Shown: piece after piece, positions 30,632-35,962 of the stretch | How the letters are laid out: every line of letters begins with the position of its first letter | How positions within the stretch are numbered: position 1 is the stretch's first letter | Assembly (NCBI GenBank): GCA_002254285.1 | Contig: NIUZ01000039.1 | Location: 1-35,962, forward strand | Source of the DNA: Bacteroidetes bacterium 4572_112 | GTDB taxonomy: Bacteria; Bacteroidota; Bacteroidia; Bacteroidales; UBA1556 | Reading direction: 5' to 3' | Length of the DNA: 35,962 nucleotides | Notes under the pieces: model-generated | What the model was told of the DNA's origin: nothing | What the model saw: the letters and a program-made list of their open reading frames with translations, nothing else | Databases searched by the model: none | Position numbers and translations under genes: made by a program

Positions 30632-31331
30632 AAATTTTTTAATAGCATTAGTTTTGGCTAGCTTTGGATTCATATTTCTGAATCTATATAATAGCTATGA
30701 GCCAAAAACTGAGCTTACAGGTATTGCAGCCCATTATGCAGAAAATGGTGCTAGTGAAGTTGGTGCAGCCAACCTTGTTACTGCTGTGGTGGTTTCTTAT
30801 CGTTCTTTTGATACTTTAGGAGAAATTACCATACTATTCCTTACCGCTGCTATCATCTCTTTCTTCTTGAAATTGAGCAACGAGGACGAAAATAAAGTTA
30901 TTATCCACAAAGGAACTTCAGAAATTCTTAAAACAGCTTCTCAACTCCTTATACCCCTCATATTCTTATTTGGAGTGTATGTGTTCATCAACGGACACCT
31001 TACTCCCGGTGGAGGTTTTCAGGGAGGTGCGATTATAGCATCAGGAGTAGTATTAGCTATTATGGCTAATCCTAATATGACCATCAACCATACTGTAATA
31101 GTGTGGGTAGAAAGTCTGTCGGGTGTTACAGTGGTAATAATTGGTGTACTAGGAATTATCCTTGGTGGTGGTTTCCTTGATAGTACGCTAGATGGATATG
31201 GCCTTGGTGAATTTGGAACTGTTTTTAGCGCAGGTACTATCCCTGTTATCTATAGCCTTGTAGGCTTAAAGGTAGGAGCAGAGATTTCAAATATCTTGAA
31301 TAAATATCAAAAATCACAAAAAGAATCATAG
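30624..31331 (+). CDS. mnhB: MnhB-family subunit (MbhE+MbhF-type fusion)
   Basis: NLVTAVVVSYRSFDTLGE followed by GHLTPGGGFQGG and GLKVG. Confidence 0.92.
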   Translation: MLRNFLIALVLASFGFIFLNLYNSYEPKTELTGIAAHYAENGASEVGAANLVTAVVVSYRSFDTLGEITILFLTAAIISFFLKLSNEDENKVIIHKGTSEILKTASQLLIPLIFLFGVYVFINGHLTPGGGFQGGAIIASGVVLAIMANPNMTINHTVIVWVESLSGVTVVIIGVLGIILGGGFLDSTLDGYGLGEFGTVFSAGTIPVIYSLVGLKVGAEISNILNKYQKSQKES

Positions 31332-31333
31332 AT

Positions 31334-31714
31334 ATGGAAACTTTGGAATTAGGAAAAATAGGATTACTTATCGGTTTCTTGCTAGTGATAGTTGGTTTCT
31401 GGGGTATCCTTCAACAGAAAAACATTATTAAGATTATTGTGAGCTTCACAATTCTTAATACAGGTATAAACTTAGTAATGGTTGCTTTGGGCTATATTAA
31501 AGGTCGCACAGCTCCTATTATTGATGACTCAGTGGAGCAATTAGCTAATCACAATGTGATAAATGCTATTGTCGATCCTGTGCCACAAGCTCTTGTACTT
31601 ACGGCTATTGTTATTGGTTTTGGTGTTACATCATTACTATTAGCATACGCAATGAAGCTTTTTAGAGCTAAGAAAACATTAGAAATTAATCAGTTTAACG
31701 ATTTGAAATGGTAG
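31334..31714 (+). CDS. mnhC: MnhC/MrpC (MbxG-like) subunit
   Basis: KNIIKII, APII and DPVPQALVLTAIVIG motifs. Confidence 0.93.
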   Translation: METLELGKIGLLIGFLLVIVGFWGILQQKNIIKIIVSFTILNTGINLVMVALGYIKGRTAPIIDDSVEQLANHNVINAIVDPVPQALVLTAIVIGFGVTSLLLAYAMKLFRAKKTLEINQFNDLKW

Positions 31715-34700
31715 ATCCAATTTTTATAGTAGTTGCTGCTCTAGGAGTAGGCTTCTTAATCGGTATCTTAGGGAAATTGGGAAAAACTTTTACCGGTTTG
31801 TTATCCCTTCTTACAATTGCTTTTATGACTTACGTTTCCGCAGGTTGGCTTTTAGCCTTCTATTCAGGAAGCCAAGTGGCAGAAGTAATCACCACCGCAG
31901 GTTTTCAAGCACCATTCTCCATTAGTTTACTAATGGGATATAATGAGGCTTTCCTTACAACAATAGTCAATTTTATGGGCTTACTTGGTGGAATTTATTT
32001 ATTCTTCAACTTTGGTCGTAAAGGTCGAAACGCTTACGTTGTTTATATCGTTTTCCTTATGGGATTAAACGTTGTGATAATGAGTCGTGACCTTTTTAAC
32101 CTTTTTGTATTCCTCGAAATTACTTCGATTGCTACAGCAGGACTTATCCTTATTGAGGATGGTAACCGTACCGTAGGTGCTGGTTTTAAATATATGCTAG
32201 CTACTTCGGTAATATCAAGTATTTTCCTTTTGGGAATTATATTTATATACTTCTTTACAGGCACTCTTAGTCTTGAGGATTTATATAATAATGCAAACCT
32301 TCAGAATGCGGGTGGCGCAATAGCAATTTTCCTTGTGATGGTTGCTGCCATACTAGAAATGAAACCTTTTCCTGCCAATGGTTGGGGACTGGATGTTTAT
32401 GAAGGCTCGCATCAAGGTTTCTCAGCGTTAATTTCTACTGCTACAGCTACAGCATCTTTTTATATGCTATATAAGATATTGCTTATTGCAGGTGCTGCTT
32501 GGAATTACCCTATCGCACTTATCGGTGCATTCACCTTTATCGGTGCCAACCTTTTTGCAGTAAAACAAAAGTATGCTCGTCGTATGTTATCTTATTCTTC
32601 AATTGGTCAGCTAGGTCTTTTGATGATGATAATGGGACTTAGAGAGTATTTAGGCGATAACCTTAACTTTATTGTTGTTACAGTTCTTCTTACCAATGTT
32701 CTTGCTAAATCAGGTTTCTTCTGGTTAATTGGAATGGTAAAAGCTCTTAAACTTAAAGAATGGGCAATTATTCGTCGCAAGCCGTTTATGCTTTTCCTAA
32801 TGGGAGTATTTATTTTTGCTCTTATCGGATTTCCTCCATTCCCTTCTTTCTTTGGAAAATGGGAGTTTATCATGAGCCTAGCTAAAGTTGGTGGTTTCAG
32901 CTGGATTGCTGTTATCCTTATAGGTTCATTCTTTGAGGCAATATATTTATTCCGCTGGTACGGGATGGCTGTTAAAGGTGAAGATATTTATGATAACCTA
33001 GAATTTAAAACTAAGTTAAATAAACTTATTCCAGTTGGAATAGTAACTGCACTATTATTTATTATCGGATATTTTTCAGCACAATATACAGAAGCTGGAG
33101 CAATGATTAACTTCATTCCTTTCATATTTGTATTGGTATTATTTGCTGTTGACAAACTTCCTTTAATGGTTAAAAACATAGCTTCAATAGCTGCTTTGGC
33201 TCTTCATTTTTATATGATTTATCCAAACTTAGCTGGCGACAATCTTCGCTTGATATTTGAAGTAATATTTATGGTTGGTGGTATTCTTACCCTAATCGCA
33301 GGTTTCTCTTATAAAGGTGTTCGTCGTGGTTTTTATCCAGTAGCAATTCTTATGTATGCTGGTTTAACTGCTATTATCGAAGCTCATACAACTCTAGGGT
33401 TCTTCTACGGTTGGGAGTTAATGACTGCAGGTTCTTACTTCCTTATTATAAGAGGTAAAAAATCTATGCCACATGCTCTTAGTTATATGTTATTTAGTAT
33501 TGCTGGTGCTTATGCTATCCTTGCAGGATTTAGTATTGCAGGTATTGGATATACTGATTTCAATTTAGATATTCTTAATAATATTCAATATTTCCCAAAT
33601 TGGGCTTATGGTTTATTGCTGGTTGGTTTCTTAACCAAAACAGCTTCTATCGGTCTTCATATTTGGTTACCTGGTGCTCACGGTGAAGCCGAGAGTGATG
33701 TATCGCCAATGGTATCAGCTATATTACTTAAAGCTGGTGTATTTGGAGTAGTACTTACTCTTATCGGAATGACTAAGTCAGATTTTGATCTGAGCACTCT
33801 AGCATATATACTTGGTTGGATTGGTGCTCTTACTGCTTTGGTTGGAAATATCGGAGCTGTATTCCAAGAAGATGCTAAGCGTTTGCTAGCTTATTCTTCA
33901 ATTGGTCAGCTAGGTTATATCATTTTTGCTTTCGCAATTATGACTCACTTGGGTTGGTTAACAGGTTTTACTTATACAATCAATCACTTTATGTATAAAG
34001 CAGTACTCTTCCTTACAATAGGAGCAGTGGTATTGCGTACAGGTACTCATAATATGTACGAAATGGGTGGTTTGATTAAGAAAATGCCTTTCGCTTTTGT
34101 AGCTGTATTAATTGGAATTATCGCTCTATCGGGTGTGCCGCCTTTGTCAGGTTTCACAGGTAAATGGTTATTCTATAATGCTGTAATCGAAAAAGGTTGG
34201 TACTTCCAAGGAACAATAGTTTTCTTCTCTGGTGGATTGGCTTTCTTATATCTTTTCCGCTTGATTCATACTATATTCTTGGGTCAGTTGAAAGATAATC
34301 ACCGCGAGTTGAAAGAGATTTCTATTTGGTTCTTAATACCAATATATACTCTTATTGCAGGTTTGATGGTGTTTTCTGCCAAGCCACAATGGGTATTACA
34401 ACCTCTAGGCGAAATTATTGCCAACTACTTCCCTAATGGAGGTTTACGTTGGGACGGTGCTTTTGCATACACTCAGCTAGGACATTGGACTGGTACAGGA
34501 GTTATGATCACAATTGCAACAGTATTTGTAAGTATTCTTATTATACTTAAAATGCTTACTCGCAAAGCACACAAACTTGAACAATTTGATGTGGTATTCT
34601 CAGGCGAGCGTCCTGAAAGACCAGAAACTACACATATAGCATACAATATGTACGCAGGATTCTATAAAGCTGTTTGGCCATTAACTCTTCCTTATTTCGA

Positions 34701-34848
34701 GAAATTTTGGGAGTGGGCAACAAATATAGTTCATGAGACTGCAGGATTCGGACGTCGTGTTTATAGCGGTAACGGACAAGCTTATATGTTACATATTGTT
34801 CTATTTATTATTGTTTTATTCTTTATAACAATTGGAGGAAGTTTATAA
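31708..34848 (+). CDS. Fused double MrpD/NuoM-N-like antiporter subunit (MbxH+H'-like), 1046 aa
   Basis: Two complete proton-antiporter modules: DLFNLFVFLE/YSSIGQLG/GFPPF..FFGKW and FFYGWE/HIWLPGAH/YSSIGQLG/GVPPLSGFTGKW. Confidence 0.9.
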   Translation: MVDPIFIVVAALGVGFLIGILGKLGKTFTGLLSLLTIAFMTYVSAGWLLAFYSGSQVAEVITTAGFQAPFSISLLMGYNEAFLTTIVNFMGLLGGIYLFFNFGRKGRNAYVVYIVFLMGLNVVIMSRDLFNLFVFLEITSIATAGLILIEDGNRTVGAGFKYMLATSVISSIFLLGIIFIYFFTGTLSLEDLYNNANLQNAGGAIAIFLVMVAAILEMKPFPANGWGLDVYEGSHQGFSALISTATATASFYMLYKILLIAGAAWNYPIALIGAFTFIGANLFAVKQKYARRMLSYSSIGQLGLLMMIMGLREYLGDNLNFIVVTVLLTNVLAKSGFFWLIGMVKALKLKEWAIIRRKPFMLFLMGVFIFALIGFPPFPSFFGKWEFIMSLAKVGGFSWIAVILIGSFFEAIYLFRWYGMAVKGEDIYDNLEFKTKLNKLIPVGIVTALLFIIGYFSAQYTEAGAMINFIPFIFVLVLFAVDKLPLMVKNIASIAALALHFYMIYPNLAGDNLRLIFEVIFMVGGILTLIAGFSYKGVRRGFYPVAILMYAGLTAIIEAHTTLGFFYGWELMTAGSYFLIIRGKKSMPHALSYMLFSIAGAYAILAGFSIAGIGYTDFNLDILNNIQYFPNWAYGLLLVGFLTKTASIGLHIWLPGAHGEAESDVSPMVSAILLKAGVFGVVLTLIGMTKSDFDLSTLAYILGWIGALTALVGNIGAVFQEDAKRLLAYSSIGQLGYIIFAFAIMTHLGWLTGFTYTINHFMYKAVLFLTIGAVVLRTGTHNMYEMGGLIKKMPFAFVAVLIGIIALSGVPPLSGFTGKWLFYNAVIEKGWYFQGTIVFFSGGLAFLYLFRLIHTIFLGQLKDNHRELKEISIWFLIPIYTLIAGLMVFSAKPQWVLQPLGEIIANYFPNGGLRWDGAFAYTQLGHWTGTGVMITIATVFVSILIILKMLTRKAHKLEQFDVVFSGERPERPETTHIAYNMYAGFYKAVWPLTLPYFEKFWEWATNIVHETAGFGRRVYSGNGQAYMLHIVLFIIVLFFITIGGSL

Positions 34849-34850
34849 TT

Positions 34851-35765
34851 ATGACAAATTTTTCAAATATTGGATATACATTACTTGGTTTATTTTTAGT
34901 ACTAAACTGGGGAATGTTGATGAGCGCAACTTTTAGAAAGATTGTTGCTCGCGTGGCTGGACGTCACGGAATACCAATTTATCAACCATGGATTGATCTT
35001 GTAAAGAATGCTGGTACTCGTACCACTCTTTCGCATGGTGTAATGTTCTACTTAGGGCCTGTTTTTCGCCTTACTGGAGCTGTTGGTATGTTTTTATTTA
35101 TGCCTGCTCTTGTAGGAGTTGGTAATGATCATTGGTTAAACTTTTCATTCCAAGGCGATATAGTTCTTGTTCTTTACTTCCAACTGTTTGGAATGTTGGG
35201 AATGGCTCTTGGTGCTGGTGAAGGTGGACAACCTCACTCTGCTATCGGTATTGGTCGTGGTTTGGCGCAACATGCTGCTATTGAGCTTCCTTTAACTTTA
35301 GGAATACTCTCTTTGGCTATTCAATATCAAACTCTATCATTGGTTGATATTGCAAATGCTCAACAAGGTGGATTTTTGAATTGGTCGTTATTTACTAACC
35401 CAATAGCTTCAGCAGCAATATTACTTGCAGCTCTTGGTGCTATGGGTCACTCACCATTTAACTTGGTGAAAGCTCCTAACGAAATTCCTATTGGCCCTCC
35501 AACAGAATATCATGGTAGTTACCTAGGTATACTAATGTCTAGTGGTGCTATTATCCACGTTATGGAAGCAGCATTATTTATGAACCTTGTGTTCGGTGGT
35601 GCTACTAACTGGATTGAGTTTATTATAAAAACATTCCTAATTTATTTCTACTCTGTATTTGTGGGCGTTGTATTCCCCCGTTTCAGAATAGAGCAGTCAG
35701 TGGTTTGGTTCTTCAAACTGCCACTAGTTTTAGGAATAATCGCTATTTTAATCTATAGTTTTTAA
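34851..35765 (+). CDS. NuoH/MbxM-family (complex I subunit 1) membrane anchor
   Basis: RKIVAR...R.G.P..QPW.D..K, PF......E...G..TEY.G and PRFRIEQ motifs. Confidence 0.88.
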   Translation: MTNFSNIGYTLLGLFLVLNWGMLMSATFRKIVARVAGRHGIPIYQPWIDLVKNAGTRTTLSHGVMFYLGPVFRLTGAVGMFLFMPALVGVGNDHWLNFSFQGDIVLVLYFQLFGMLGMALGAGEGGQPHSAIGIGRGLAQHAAIELPLTLGILSLAIQYQTLSLVDIANAQQGGFLNWSLFTNPIASAAILLAALGAMGHSPFNLVKAPNEIPIGPPTEYHGSYLGILMSSGAIIHVMEAALFMNLVFGGATNWIEFIIKTFLIYFYSVFVGVVFPRFRIEQSVVWFFKLPLVLGIIAILIYSF

Positions 35766-35776
35766 TTTAGAGTATT

Positions 35777-35962
35777 ATGTCAGAAATAGATATGAATGAT
35801 AAGATGAACGAATTGCTTAAAAAGGCAGAGGTTAATTCTTCTACCAAAGAGGCAAAATCATTTGTTCGTCCTGAAGATGAAGAGAGAGAAGTAATTGCTC
35901 CCGATGGATCTATAATTAAAGTAAATCCTATTTACGATTACTTTAGTGGAGAAAAGCCAACT
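35777..35962 (+). CDS. Partial ORF running off the window; by gene order possibly the NuoB/MbxJ-like subunit
   Basis: Open frame MSEIDMNDKMNELLKKAEVNSS...PIYDYFSGEKPT, 11 nt after the previous stop; hydrophilic; no diagnostic motif visible yet. Confidence 0.55.
   Translation, partial: MSEIDMNDKMNELLKKAEVNSSTKEAKSFVRPEDEEREVIAPDGSIIKVNPIYDYFSGEKPT

Noticed and set aside
29255-35765. Stand-alone Mrp antiporter or a definite MBH hydrogenase
   Set aside because: A NuoH-like gene follows and there is no intact MrpA; the catalytic subunit is outside the window, so hydrogenase activity cannot be claimed.

Overview
AT-rich chromosomal window from a Bacteroidota organism, probably an anaerobic or facultative Bacteroidales-type lineage; the basis is TAnnTTTG promoters, T9SS C-terminal domains and Bacteroidales-style gene sets. 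In order, it holds: the mazG 3' end; a PAP2 phosphatase; a two-gene T9SS-cargo block (first gene disrupted) bracketed by 83-bp hairpin direct repeats; a candidate sRNA; a ZIP transporter; korBA divergent from a small 2[4Fe-4S] ferredoxin missed by the ORF track; recR; a Crp/Fnr regulator; floA-nfeD; a K+ channel; a DUF2851/anti-sigma/ECF sigma/DUF6249 module with twin ECF promoters and composite 7-/10-mer arrays; TlpA; enolase; PatB; and a REP-flanked flavodoxin-fold oxidoreductase. The window ends with nqrA-F, broken by a deletion at the nqrC/nqrD junction, and a divergent Mrp/Mbx(MBS)-like membrane oxidoreductase operon with a fused double antiporter subunit that runs off the edge. Several clean deletions and duplications may be real decay or assembly artefacts. 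All family calls are from motif recognition; no database searches were run.
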